Shown here: positions 51,476 to 64,000 of the stretch, in pieces | Numbering within the stretch: position 1 is the first letter of the stretch | How the letters are laid out: the number at the start of each line of letters is the position of its first letter | Source of the DNA: Antedon mediterranea | Lineage: Eukaryota > Animalia > Echinodermata | Reading direction: 5' to 3' | NCBI RefSeq assembly: GCF_964355755.1 | Contig: NC_092670.1 | Location: forward strand, 15,858,795-15,922,794 | Length of the DNA stretch: 64,000 nt | Translations under genes and position numbers: made by a program | The notes under the pieces: model-generated | What the model was told of the DNA's origin: nothing | The model's input: the letters and a program-made list of their open reading frames with translations, nothing else | The model's database searches: none

Positions 51476-52939
51476 TCATTCGTCTTAAAAACAATGGATT
51501 AATTTCAGATTGATTTATGATGTTCGATTCATTTTATCATAAATCGGTTTTACGGCATATAAAAATGTCAACTTGCTCCAAAAATTCAGAAATTGTTTAA
51601 TAGCTCACAATATTTTAAATTTACTTTGAACTTCAAAAAAGACCGACAAACTATCATACAACATTCCGTACGTCTGCTTTAGAAAACAGTAGCATTGTAT
51701 ATTTTGCTACTCGGAGACTGCGGCAATTAACAATATAATAAGTATGAGTTGCATCGCATAAGGTGCCGGATTGTTAGAAAACTTACTTGTAAAAATGTTG
51801 TCGTGTTAGGATGGAAATCGGTGATGGAAAATAAGGAAAATTGTCTTCAACTTAATGTGATCGTGTTAACAGAGAGGATGCTTGATCAAAGAGGTCGAAA
51901 ACCCGCCCTCTCCGTTCTCAAAATAGATTTGTCAACCCAATTCTTGATTTTACACTATACGCAAATGCGTAAAAACCCGTTCATGTGTGAACTTACAGTA
52001 TACAACATCTAATCACGATTCGGCGCGAAAACATCATGTGAATCGTACAGATGACGATAATCATTCTCTCGTGTGAACCAGTCTTAAACATCTAATAGCA
52101 GACGGCTAATTGCTTTTATGTGAGCCAGAAATTTGAAACACAAAAATCAATACCGTAATAATTATTTTGTTCATAGGCGACATAATATTTTGAAAATGTA
52201 TATAAAAAAGCATAAACCTAATAACAAAAAGTATACCTATGTCATAAACAACAATTTTTTTTTCATTTTCCTGCGACAGATCAAACCATGTTTGTTACGA
52301 GCCCACGCTCTGATAACATAAGCCATATTATACAGTTGAACGTAGGTCTAGATACGATGCCATTACCAAATGACAAATATGCATCTGTACTATAACCCCT
52401 AACATTATGCGTGGTATTGTTGTTAATGAGTATTTTATTTCTAAAAACAAAATATCAATCATATGTTGTATAATGTAGTAATCGAAGACGACGATCCCAC
52501 AACGAGGATTATAAATAAAACACATTGATTAAAACAACCTATACAACATATAAACAATTCATCACGCAGTCTTTATTACTGAACCAATCCCGTTGTTTAA
52601 AAATGAGGTCAATATTGAAAAAAAAATGTTGATCGAACGACCTTGCAATCGTAAAACAAAATATTATAAACAAGTTCTTACAAAACAATTCCATTCTGAA
52701 TAATTAACAAACGATGATATTGAAAAAAAAACAATCATAAAATATTTAACGTCACGTGCAATTTAAACATCTAGGCCTAATAATAATAGCACAATCCCCA
52801 CAACATCATATACGTTTATGCTTATTAAACTTAACAAAATGAGCCGGTCAAGAAAAATAAAGAAGACATCCAGAGTTGTATTAATGGCTTGCACATATTC
52901 TGCATTATGACTTATTCTTTTGTATATAGGAAATTCGGA

Positions 52940-53392
52940 TTATGTCATCTGCGGGCCCATGGTAGTCACAGCACAGTGCAGTGCCTAACCATGAACGAAC
53001 GACAGGAGTGGGCTCAGATCGACAGCTACACCTGGGTAACTCCTACTCTTCAGAAAGATACAATGAATTCTTCTTTTATAAAACGTGGTTCCACTAGGAA
53101 CGAAACGCAAGGATGTAACGCAACGTAAGTGATTTGACCAACCACAAGCCATGGATTATTGGAACAGTCGCTTGTCATTGGTCAACACGCTTGCGTTGCG
53201 TCTACGTCTTTGCGTTGCGTCTCTAAAAGCTTAAAAGTACACACGAGCCGGTTGTTGTGTACTGGACCTCCAGTTATTATTCGAGGAGACCTGTTCTACG
53301 AAACAGAACAATGGTCAAGGAGGGCCTTTAACCTGTACCAATGGGTATGGTTTGTTAACCCTCTGCCTAAACCGCTCGCGGCACTCGACTCG
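52940..53392 (-). mobile_element. Old Deu/Nin SINE copy interrupted by a family-1 MITE (about 53082-53231)
   Basis: Reverse-complement matches to the 37082 SINE lie on both sides of the MITE (GGGTAACTCCTACTC; GTACACACGAG..TGTGTACTGGACCT; AACCGCTCG..CACTC). Confidence 0.7.
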
Positions 53393-54060
53393 TAATATAT
53401 GAATGTTGTACATGCAAAAAGACGCGTACGTTTGTTAAGCGTTTGAATATTGTGCGTTCTTTTTCGCATCAGTGAAGGAACATTCAACAGGTAACCAACT
53501 TTTCCAGCGACGTCAGCTGACTTCATAGGCTTTAAAGCTTTAAAAACACGTTTTCATGAAGTTAACACACGAACTCTCAACCAAAATATTAGATCACTTA
53601 CAGCGTCAGAAAAAATTCAAAATAACAAAAAACAAAATCTGTTTTACTCTTGTCCTAAAGAGATGTTGCCATAGAAACGGATAGAAAAGGAAAGCTGAGC
53701 GTGTGAACGCAGTTCAACTGTGTCTCTAAGGGTCGATTACGTAAAGCCGTTTCCATTTAGGAAAGGTTAATACGAACAACAGTTATACAAGGTGATTAGG
53801 ATGCGTGCTTTATTACTGGTCGCAATGAGATACAGTAATCCCCCGTAAATCTCCTAAAACCCCCCAAAATCCGAATACGAAGGTATCTCTATACAAACAC
53901 GACGGATAAAATAGGCAAAGTTCACAGAGAGAAAAAAAAAATCTGGTAAATATTGATTTTTACTCCTAAATAACTAAAGTACTTAAGTGCATTTAGATTT
54001 ATGAACTCATAATATAACGTCTTATTTAATATAGTACATTCTCTACGAACCTATGTACTG

Positions 54061-54230
54061 TATCTATTTCCGAAGTATCATAGGAAAATTTGGTAATACA
54101 ACATCACATGTGTTTCACCTAGTAGAAACCTGAACTTTAACCTAACCTTACATGATACAGGCGCCACATGTGATATAAATGAGACGCTGTATTTACCAAA
54201 TATTCCTATGATACTTCGGAAATATAGATA
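54061..54230. mobile_element. Small MITE with about 40-bp terminal inverted repeats
   Basis: TATTTCCGAAGTATCATAGGAAAATTTGGTAATACA / TGTATTTACCAAATATTCCTATGATACTTCGGAAATA. Confidence 0.7.
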
Positions 54231-55254
54231 GTATTACTCCATGATAGTATGTGGAGCACTGGGAATCGGGTGATATTGTACGGTACTGTTTCGTTGTAAC
54301 GTATCAAAGATCTTGTTCGATACGTTACCAACTATAATCACTGTGCCATGTGCGTAATTACGTTTCAATGGCTTAACTCAGGCTTATAATCTGTTAGTAT
54401 ACGTATTATACAACTATTATAAACTACTGTATTTAAATATATAGCACTTGTTTGTTATAATAAATACTGACAACAAATTAGTAACATTAGTTGATATCTG
54501 TAGAATCAAAGTACAAACTCCTGTCCTGCAATGACAATGTTCGGTTGAAACGGAGTACAACGGCCATAAAAATAATACTTAAAATAGCTTAATTATCTTG
54601 ATTTTATCCTTAACACAAACTGAACTGTAATTTCAGTAAACTAAGTACTTTCAATACGTCATTTGAGTGTCATCGAATTCTGTACACGTTTAAACTGTAA
54701 TCCATATACCGTAATAAATATTATACAGTACCATCTAAAGGACCAAAGCAAATGACATCACAAAGGGTCAAATAATTGGCAACAGGAGCGTCCCAGCTGA
54801 AGCGGATGAAAGACTAGTGATTGCTGGTTTTATACGCATCCTGCGCGTAAATACGCGTATCTTCGGTATCACTGACAAAGCAGTTATCGACTTTACTATC
54901 AATAACACCTTAAAATGCTATCTCAATCTATTATTAAACAAAAGTTTTATATCATTACAGATTAATAAACCTGTACTTTATTAATAACCAGCAAAGAAAC
55001 CGAATCTACTGTAATGTATAGATGGTTACGTTTGAAGGTAGAAAACAGACTAATTGCATGTATAAATACAATAGTCGAATCCTACAGATCGACACCTTTA
55101 TTTCTCAAAGGAAATAAATCCTTGTCATAAAGTGTCACAGCATTTCAAAAGACACCTTCATGGCGTTGATTGATTTATAAACTACCGTAAGTCTACAAAT
55201 AAAAACATCCTCGTTGCTGTTAAAGTCACGATTAAATTTATTTTCCTTAATTCA

Positions 55255-55552
55255 ATAAATAATAATATTGATCAGTTGTATTCTGGAATTCGTTGTCCTT
55301 TATCTATTATTTGTCCGATTTCTAGAATTAAATTAAAAACGTGTCTGGTTTGGCCTTAATGGCCACCCATATCATATAAACATCATTGTCATAAGTTATT
55401 CAAAAAATAATTCAATATTAATCTAACAGTTGTATTCTGGTATTTGTTGTTCTTTATCTATTATTTTGTCCGATTTCTAGCTTTAAATTAAAAACATGTA
55501 TGGTTTGGCCTTAATGGCCGCCCATACCATATAAACATTATTTTCATAAGTT
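55255..55552. repeat. Tandem duplication, period about 154 bp
   Basis: CAGTTGTATTCTGG...TGGTTTGGCCTTAATGGCC...CATAAGTT occurs at 55273 and 55427. Confidence 0.85.
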
Positions 55553-56944
55553 TTGTTTGTGGAGCTATTCTTTGTGTGTACTGTAAAATGTATGAACATT
55601 ATGACTACTTTTCACAAGTTTAATGTACCGTACGGCAATATTATGCAATGTTGTCCTTAATTGCACCATAGGGTAAGCCTATTAAGACAATCTTGAAGGA
55701 AGGCATGCCATTAACGATGAACGGTCATGTTCGTAGGAATTATGAGTGCCATTGTCATTTTCGTGGGGGGGGGGGGGGGTGTTCTTCCTTCTATATAATT
55801 ATACGCATCCGTTTACTAAAATGTACACTGTTGATTTTATCATTCTATAGTCTATACGCCAAATGAGTTATTGGAATATTTCTTATTTCACCCCACGCTT
55901 ATATATTACGCAAGCGAATTGACCAATCACAAGCGACAGTTATTATCCATCGCGTCGTGATTGGTCAAATTATTTGCGGCGCGCTTTTGTGCGGGAACAA
56001 CTATTTAGAAAGCAACATTTCAACTATGTCATTTACTGAAACCTCTGTACGAAACAGAGTTTTAAAGAAATTGTTATTCATGACATTCAATTTCAATAAC
56101 AGATATTTTTGCTATATGGAATTGCCTCAGGGGTCTGCGACGAGGAATGAGCCCAACCTGAACGAAGGCAACATTGCCCGAAGAAAACTAAACATACCAT
56201 ACGCAAATTCATTCATTTCAAATTCAATTTACAAAAAAAATGAATTATGTTAGATGAGTAAAAGTATATATTGAATTCGTGACCTAAATCGCAAATGGGA
56301 CTCTCAACAAAATGACAATTTAAGACAAAGCAAGCATGATAATATCAGAAAACACTGTTAATTGTAACTACTGTAAATTAATATTGTTTGTATGGGTTAA
56401 GTATTACAAACGTTAATACTAACGTGACTCCTTTTGAAAGTTATTAAACGCCAAACGTCTAGATAAGCATAGGGCTCCGGGGACCATCTCCCTTCATCCA
56501 TCGCCATATTGACGGCTTAAGCCACAATAGAGAGCAAAACCATTATTTTCAAAACATTTCCAAATCCCTAGGGATCCATAATGAACGTAATAAATAATGT
56601 TTGAAGGCGAATTGCAATACACATGGTCAATTATCAAAGAAAATAACAGTATGTAAAAATAAAATAATAACAAATAACATTAAAATATAAAAAAAAACAA
56701 AGCATGATAGCAAAAACCTGATCATACATTACGAAAATTACAAATGTTATATCTTTCCGCCGATGGCTGGTTATTTTGTCTACATAATTAATTGTTTACG
56801 ATAACATTTAACGTTACTAGACCAATTTCAGCATTTCATAAATGGACTCACAGGATAACATATATCCAATTTCCCCACACGTAATTTCAACATTTAACAT
56901 TGCGTTTGCGGGTGACGAGTTCAAATCTAGGTCAAAATAGAATG

Positions 56945-57632
56945 GTACGCAGTTTTTGATCGTATATGTTGTACTCGTTCATCCACCCGTTTATGCAGAT
57001 GTCAGTAGATAGAGCCTAACAGACTTTCGCAAGTCATCCAGATACGAGTCAGACTGTATTAAATACTGTTAATACACGATACTGACAGCTGCAGAGTCGG
57101 ATGATTCTTTAACATTTTGTTTCAACCTAAACAGACTAGGCAAAAAGGGTATGCAGTTTTGATCGTAGTGTTGTACTGGTTCATCCACCACTCATGCAGC
57201 CATGTCAGTAGACATAGCCTAACTGACTATTGCAAGTCATATAAATACGTTTCTGGTTGTATTAAATACTTTTAATACACGATATAGCTGTAATTATGTT
57301 GCTATTCGTTAGACCAGGGTTCTTAGCCTGTCCGTCCCATAGCAAGCTAGTACTAATAGAAGCCGACAAAAACTTACGTATAATATAACAATAATTGATG
57401 AAGGAGACTGGTGATGCTCATGGGGAGTACTATTGAACTGTACGGCCTTCAGTATAAAAATATGATACACCAGCTATTTTGGTTCCCGTTGAGTGGAGAT
57501 ATCGTGTATTAAAAGAATTTAATACAGTCAGACTCGTATATAGATGACTTGCGATAGTCAGTTAGACACTATCTAGTGACAACTGCAAAATCAGATGGTT
57601 CTTCGACATTTTGTCTCAACCTAAACAGACTT
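56945..57632. repeat. Local direct plus inverted repeat cluster
   Basis: An about 140-bp unit occurs at 56945 and 57149, with an inverted copy at about 57500-57582. Confidence 0.75.
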
Positions 57633-59078
57633 AAAATATTAACAAAAGGATTTACCAAAAAAGGGTGATATATCAGTAACTAATGCTGTCATAATACTTC
57701 TATTAGAAAAAAGAACCAATCTGATAAAATGAAACATTTTATAAATTACGATCAAAAACTTCTCTGCAAATTCATCAATCATGACGCTAATGTATATATT
57801 GAAACCTTTCAAGTTATCATTCATACATTTGTGTGATATTTTTATATATAAAACTATATACAAGATTAAATGTGATGAAACGTTAATAATAATAAACACT
57901 CACGATTTGTCACAAATACAATTGACAGGATTGAAAAATTGTACATAACCTTAGGAGATGGAAAGAATCCAAAATAAGTATCAGACTCAGAAACAAACAC
58001 AATATTTGTCGGTACAATATCATACTAATTCACTGTATTATAACATTATTAAACAATAAACAAATAACAATTATAGTGCGGGTACACGTTCACAGAAGAG
58101 GGCTTCAAAAAGGGTGCGTAAAGATATGTGCTGCTCTGCGTACAACAGATTTGGAAATACGCATTTCCCATGGACACGTAGGTGGTGTGGAAATAAATTA
58201 AATCTGAAATCTAAATCTGGGGCCCTTTGATTCAATGAAAACTAGGCGCCTATGTTATCGCAAACCCCGTCACGAACAGTAAAAAATAAAAATATTGCGC
58301 CCTTTGTGACCATAGTATTTTTCAGTAAAACAGGTAGCGCAAGTGCCTTATGTCTCGAAGTGGCTGCTGCACCTCCCCGTTTAGTTTATATACAAGTAAC
58401 CCCACCCCCCCCCACCCCCTTGGGGTGTAGCGTCGCGGTATGTTAAAAGGGTACACGTTTGCTTACTATCGTTCCCACGACGAAAATAGCGTAAAAGTTT
58501 ACCAAACATACTTTTACATGGCTGTATGAAAAAAATGTTTCTAAAAAATGATGACATAAAATACACATTTACGACACGATAAAATGAATGTACAAAACAT
58601 ATACCGGTAGTTGTTACGTCAATCAATATATCTCTTTACATCCTCTTATGAAAATTACAAATCCAATAAGATATTAAAAAGATTAATAATGGCTTGGTTA
58701 TTACATTGATATAAAGTATAGGCTACACTCTATACAAGATGAATTTACTTTGTATTTATGTATATGTAAGCGAAATTAAGATATGAAGAGGCTGTTAGGT
58801 TTTTTTATAATTACATATTTAGAAGACAACCAATTCCCATTACCACACCACCTCCCCCCACACAATTGAACCTTGGTTATCACTTGAATCTTAGTCAATA
58901 GAAAGTAAACTACTATTTATTGACTATGCTTGCATCAACGCAACGCATCAACGTACGTAGGTGCAACGTAATTGACCAATCACAAGCAACAGCGTAGATG
59001 ATCCACAATCGCGTCCTGATTGGTCAAATTACTTCCGGTGCGCTAACGTCCTTGAGTTGCCTGCTGTAAAGGCAACCA

Positions 59079-59250
59079 GGCAACTTGACCGAGGATCATA
59101 TTTTAACAACGTATTAGGGATGTACATATGATTTCAGAACCATCGCGAAATTAAGGATATCGCCGCCACGCTCGCCGTACAGCCGTCGCCGTAAATTGAT
59201 GTTACGTCCCTAATATGTTGTGAAAATATGGTCCTCGGTCAAGTTTTCCT
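59079..59250. mobile_element. MITE family 3 with about 45-bp TIRs, ending CCT|TTAA
   Basis: AACTTGACCGAGGATCATATTTTAACAACGTATTAGGGA / TCCCTAATATGTTGTGAAAATATGGTCCTCGGTCAAGTT. Confidence 0.7.
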
Positions 59251-60802
59251 TTAAAAGCTCTGTGCAGCTATATCGTCTGAAAATTTACATAGCCCTAATT
59301 CTACGAACCACATTAAAATAACATTACATTTAGTCCATAAACGCATACAGTCGAATTTAAATTGAGTGTTCAGGCATAACTGATAGGCAGTTATCCAAAC
59401 TGTTACGCGAACCACCATTTACAAGACAATTACTGTTGTTACTGTTGCAAAATGCATGTTAAACATATTTGTTAATGTGATATAAATAGAGCAGACAGGA
59501 TGATAAATGTGGTTAAAGAATAATAGTTAGAACGTGGATACATCATTGTGTTTGATTGCGAACTGTATCACGCCGTCTAATGTTTTCCATTATCGAATAA
59601 ATTTACGCACGCGAATCAACATTTCTGATTGGTTACACAAAAGATGAAAATATTAATACGTATGCGCATTAATAAACGATGTCGATTCGCGCAAATAAAT
59701 TCGCCTAGTGGAAAAAGGGGTTTAAATGTGATGTGAAGATATCTAATTTTATAAATAGTCAGGACATACTTTTTCTTAAAGGTTTGATCCAAAATTATAG
59801 TCATCAGACGAGCAGTAATTTGTATCATAAAAACATGTATGAATGCTATATATTTGGATGGAATGATGAATGGCGCCAATCAATAAGGGCCTCGCAGGGT
59901 TTCTATAATAATTCAATTGATTACCTTTTAGTACCTGGAGTCTAAAGTTATAGTGTGTTTGATGGCTGGTTTGTTTATTCCTATGCTATAACGATAACCA
60001 ACCCCTTTCTACCCTACCACTTCCATACATGCAAGCCATCCGACTAAGAAGGTACAGGCCAATTATGACTTTACGTATCTCAATTGCACCCCTCCCCAAA
60101 CCTCATGCTACTGCAGCATTTGTCATTTTTGTTGTTGATCAAATTAATTGGTTAGTTAGGTAATGTCTATGGTTTATTTATATCCTCCCATTTCACTTAG
60201 CGCATTGAGACATTACTTGTGGAACGCGCTATGTTTGTAATATTCATTATAACATTTGAAGAGCCACAAACGGAAACGTTTTTTTTTTCTTTAACATGAG
60301 ACACCCAGCAAATACCTAAATATTCCTCTAAAAAATAAACATTAATTTTGTCTTTTGAATTTTCAGCAAACCAGACATGTAATTACCATAAACTTTAGAT
60401 TGATATTGATTATTCCATTTCATTTTTCAAGATATTCGGATTATGTTTCATTTGTGGATTGTCGTTAGATTTCCTGTGCATATGGTATACCTATTTATAT
60501 AGTTACGCTCATTTATTACACTAAAAAAAAGAGCACAGGTTATACTTAAGTGCATATAGCTCTGTTATAGTTTGAATGCAGCCAAATTAATTGGTCATTT
60601 TAAAGCGTAATAGAGACTTTTATCATCTCATAGCCGTATACGTACGTCCAACGTAAATCTATTTTGACAAAAAATATTATCTGCACGCAATACTTTGTCA
60701 TTCGTAGAGATGAATTTGGAAGATGGAAACATGAATACGCTTGCGTGTAACCTGCCGCTTTCGATTCGCGCGAACAAATTCGCCTAGTGGAAAATAGGCA
60801 TA

Positions 60803-60966
60803 AGCTCTGCCTACGCTATTAAACTAGTTTGACAATAACAAAGTGTGATGTGCCCAAATATAGTGATATGCCGAAAGATGGTCATGGTGATATGAAATCA
60901 TCATATCCATATATGGGCACGTCACATTTTTTTTGGCACATAAAGTTTGATAGTGTGGACAGAGCT
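60803..60966. mobile_element. MITE family 2
   Basis: AGCTCTGCCTACGCTATTAAACT...AGTTTGATAGTGTGGACAGAGCT. Confidence 0.8.
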
Positions 60967-61976
60967 TTAGAAATCTTGATGTGGCGACAACGGAAAATAT
61001 GATTGAATTTCTTTTAAATTTCATAAACACTTGATGCATATTGTTTATATGAAGTAGCTTGTAGATAATTAACCTTTTTTATAAACGATAAATATAGATA
61101 ACTGTGTGATTGACTATAGTCTATTAATTGAATAGATATGGCAGTAGATTTATATCAACCATCTCCGAGGTAATGACAATATAATAAGTAGCGTTCCTAA
61201 TTATGTAATCACTACCCATGTTGTGTATAAACATATACTTATATAAATGTTTAACTCCTAACCGCCTAAAGCGATATATATTGAAATAAGTAAATTGAAA
61301 TTAACAATAAATATGAGGAAATCGGCACGAGCAAAACAAATGTGAACAAAACATATCAATGTTTATACGCCGCCGTCTATCATCTACCAGCGTGTAACAT
61401 TCGACGAATGCATGCTCATATCCTACCAAGTGTGACAGTAGTTATTACAAATTATGAAAGCCTTATTTATCCCCTGTTGATCCTGTACGGTCTATTCGTC
61501 TATACGGGCTTTTTATTACTTTTTTAACACGTCATCAATGGTACGTGCACGTAAGGAAAAATGTGCTTGTGCACCAATTCATGCAATATTAAGACTCCGC
61601 CCGATTTAGCAAAGGTGTCGTTAAGCTTTGTCCCATCAAACTAGTTTGACAAAAAAAAGTGTGATGTGCTAAAATATGGCATTGATATGCCCAAATATGC
61701 TATTTGGTTATTGATGATATCAACGTTAGTCAATTCGTGTAAGAGTTCAAAATTATGACCAGGTCTGCAAAAGTAGGCCTATACAAAACTAGTTCATACG
61801 TTCAGACGACGTTGAACTATTGTGTGTGTCAATTGTCTTATTCATTTAGAAACTTTTTTTTCAACATAATGATTTGCTGAATACTTTTTGTATTCGAATG
61901 GTAAATTGTAAACAGATTGTACTCAACAGAAAATCATTCGAATAGAAAACGTTAACCACACCAGCCTTTTCGTTAA

Positions 61977-62133
61977 TGCTTGGTTTCCACTAGAGACGCA
62001 ACATAACGACGTAACGCAACGTAATGGATTTGACCAATCACAAGCGATGGATTATTCGGCTGTCGCTTGTCATTGGTCAACACGCTTACGTTGCGTTAAT
62101 GTTCTTGCGTTGCGTCCTAGTGGGAACCAAACT
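61977..62133. mobile_element. MITE family 1
   Basis: GCTTGGTTTCCACTAG...CTAGTGGGAACCAAACT with the inverted TTGACCAATCACAAGCGA core. Confidence 0.8.
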
Positions 62134-62149
62134 TAAGAACAATCTCAAC

Positions 62150-62722
62150 GCTCAACTATCAACGGATAAACTATACTCAACGGATAAACTATACTCAACG
62201 GGTAAACTATATTCAACGGATAAACTATACTCAACGGATAAACTATACTCAACAGATAAACTATACTCAACGGATAAACTATACTCAACGGATAAACTAT
62301 ACTCAACGGATAAACTATACTCAACAGATAAACTATACTCAACAGATAAACTACACTCAACAGATAAACTATACTCAACCGATAAACTATACTCAACGGA
62401 TAAACTACACTCAACAGATAAACTACACTCAACAGATAAACAGTACTCAACGGATAAACTATACTCAACGGATAAACTATACTCAACAGATAAACTATAC
62501 TCAACAGATAAACTACACTCAACAGATAAACTATACTCAACCGATAAACTATACTCAACGGATAAACTACACTCAACAGATAAACTATACTCAACGGATA
62601 AACAGTACTCAACGGATAAACAGTACTCAACGGGTAAACTATACTCAACGGGTAAACTATACTCAACGGATAAACTATACTCAACGGGTAAACTATACTC
62701 AACGGATAAACTATACTCAACG
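62150..62722. repeat. 18-bp minisatellite (CTCAACGGATAAACTATA), about 31 copies
   Basis: Head-to-tail units with single-base variants. It explains the three repetitive ORFs at this position. Confidence 0.97.
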
Positions 62723-64000
62723 GATAAACTACTCAACGGTAAAACTTCCAATCGAATATGACAAATTACAACGAAACGATTACATAAACGTACGAATTGA
62801 CAAATGTAGTAATGCTCTATATCAACACTGTGTCCAGTGTGAACAGGTGACAAACCACTGTTGTTCTATCTCTCAAACAAACTACAATTCCCCTGAGGTA
62901 CACCGTAATTGTCTATTTAATCATTCTATGATACGTATCAGCACAGCCGTATATTTCAACTTTTACAGTAAATAATTGATGCTTTTCACAAAACAAAAAC
63001 TATATGCGTACATAGTTATATTATCGATCGCTTGAAATAAATCATTTTACCTGATTTAAACGGAAACGAAGAAGAATAAACTGGTGCAATATTAAGTTCA
63101 CTGAATGTACTATCGTCATTTTGTAGGATTTTAGCGAGACTACTGATGGTCTTGAAACAAAACGGTGTATAAACTAGGTCAAACAGGTTTGTTCTCACAG
63201 AGGACGTGACGCAATGACGTAAGCGTAACACCAGTTTGACTAATCACAAGCACTGGATTATCCGAACTGTCGCTTTTGGTCAACTGGGTTTCGTTGCCGC
63301 AACTCAACCCAGTTGACCAAAAGAACGCACGTCAAACTTTACATTATGGAGGATACTATAGGGCTGCACGTGATATCATATTCCGAAGTCGCAGTTGAAC
63401 TCGCGTTCAGCACGACACCGCCTTCCATTCGGATTTCTCGTTTTCTCAATATTTTTTGTTGTGGCATTTGCGTTTCCGGTGGTGCACACACAAAGAAATT
63501 AAGAATTTGCAGCGAAATATTTAAATTTAATTTCACTACTGTATTTATTTTACTGACACAGTAAATTTGTGCGGTAATACTTGAATCACACAACGAATTA
63601 TTTGTCCATTAGTTCTATTAACGTAGAGTGTGATTGATTTGATGTCTATTCATGAAACATCTGTCTTTGTAATATCAACGCAAAAACATTACTTTTATTT
63701 CGAGTATTTCGTTAAAGGCTCAACAATAAAAACATATACAATCTAATGTAATGTTAATATTTTTTAAAACATCAAACGATGTAGTTTATTTTTTTTTTAA
63801 TTCATATTTAGTGATCTGACATATACTACATTTCTTTCAAATTTGAGTCAAAAATTAAATTCTTGATCAGGTTTTAATTATTATTATTATTATTATTATT
63901 GTGACAAGATGTTCCTTTTGTGGTAAACAGTACTATCGAACACTATCAGCTTATGGCCGGTCATATTTTATTAATTTAATCACGAGTTTTGAACGAATAA

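Noticed and set aside
62024-62853. Protein-coding gene from the 245, 233 and 191 aa ORFs
   Set aside because: These frames are explained by the 18-bp minisatellite, and the start codon lies in a MITE.
63313-63593. Overlapping ORFs near the window end
   Set aside because: No recognisable family. It could be a UTR or first exon, but that cannot be supported from the sequence alone.

Overview
AT-rich, intron-containing animal DNA, probably an invertebrate deuterostome such as an echinoderm. That placement is inferred from a Deu/Nin-type SINE, an ST8Sia gene and the repeat landscape. Four spliced genes lie in the first 30.5 kb. MRPL12 (-, 5 exons, 194 aa) sits head-to-head with a secreted proteinase K-family subtilase (+, 8 exons, 411 aa). 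Diacylglycerol lipase beta (-, 11 coding exons, 673 aa) follows, then an alpha-2,8-sialyltransferase-like gene (+, catalytic exons clear, 5' exons unresolved). From about 30.5 kb to 64 kb I found no recognisable gene. The non-coding DNA is dense with non-autonomous elements: TTAA-flanked Kolobok-like MITE families, Helentron-type (HINE) elements including a three-level nest, tRNA-derived Deu/Nin SINEs, a 5S rRNA-headed SINE candidate, RTE LINE remnants and several minisatellites. A 2-kb higher-order satellite built from two palindromic monomers carries a P-element-like excision footprint. No CRISPR array or prokaryotic system is present. All coordinates and counts were read by eye.
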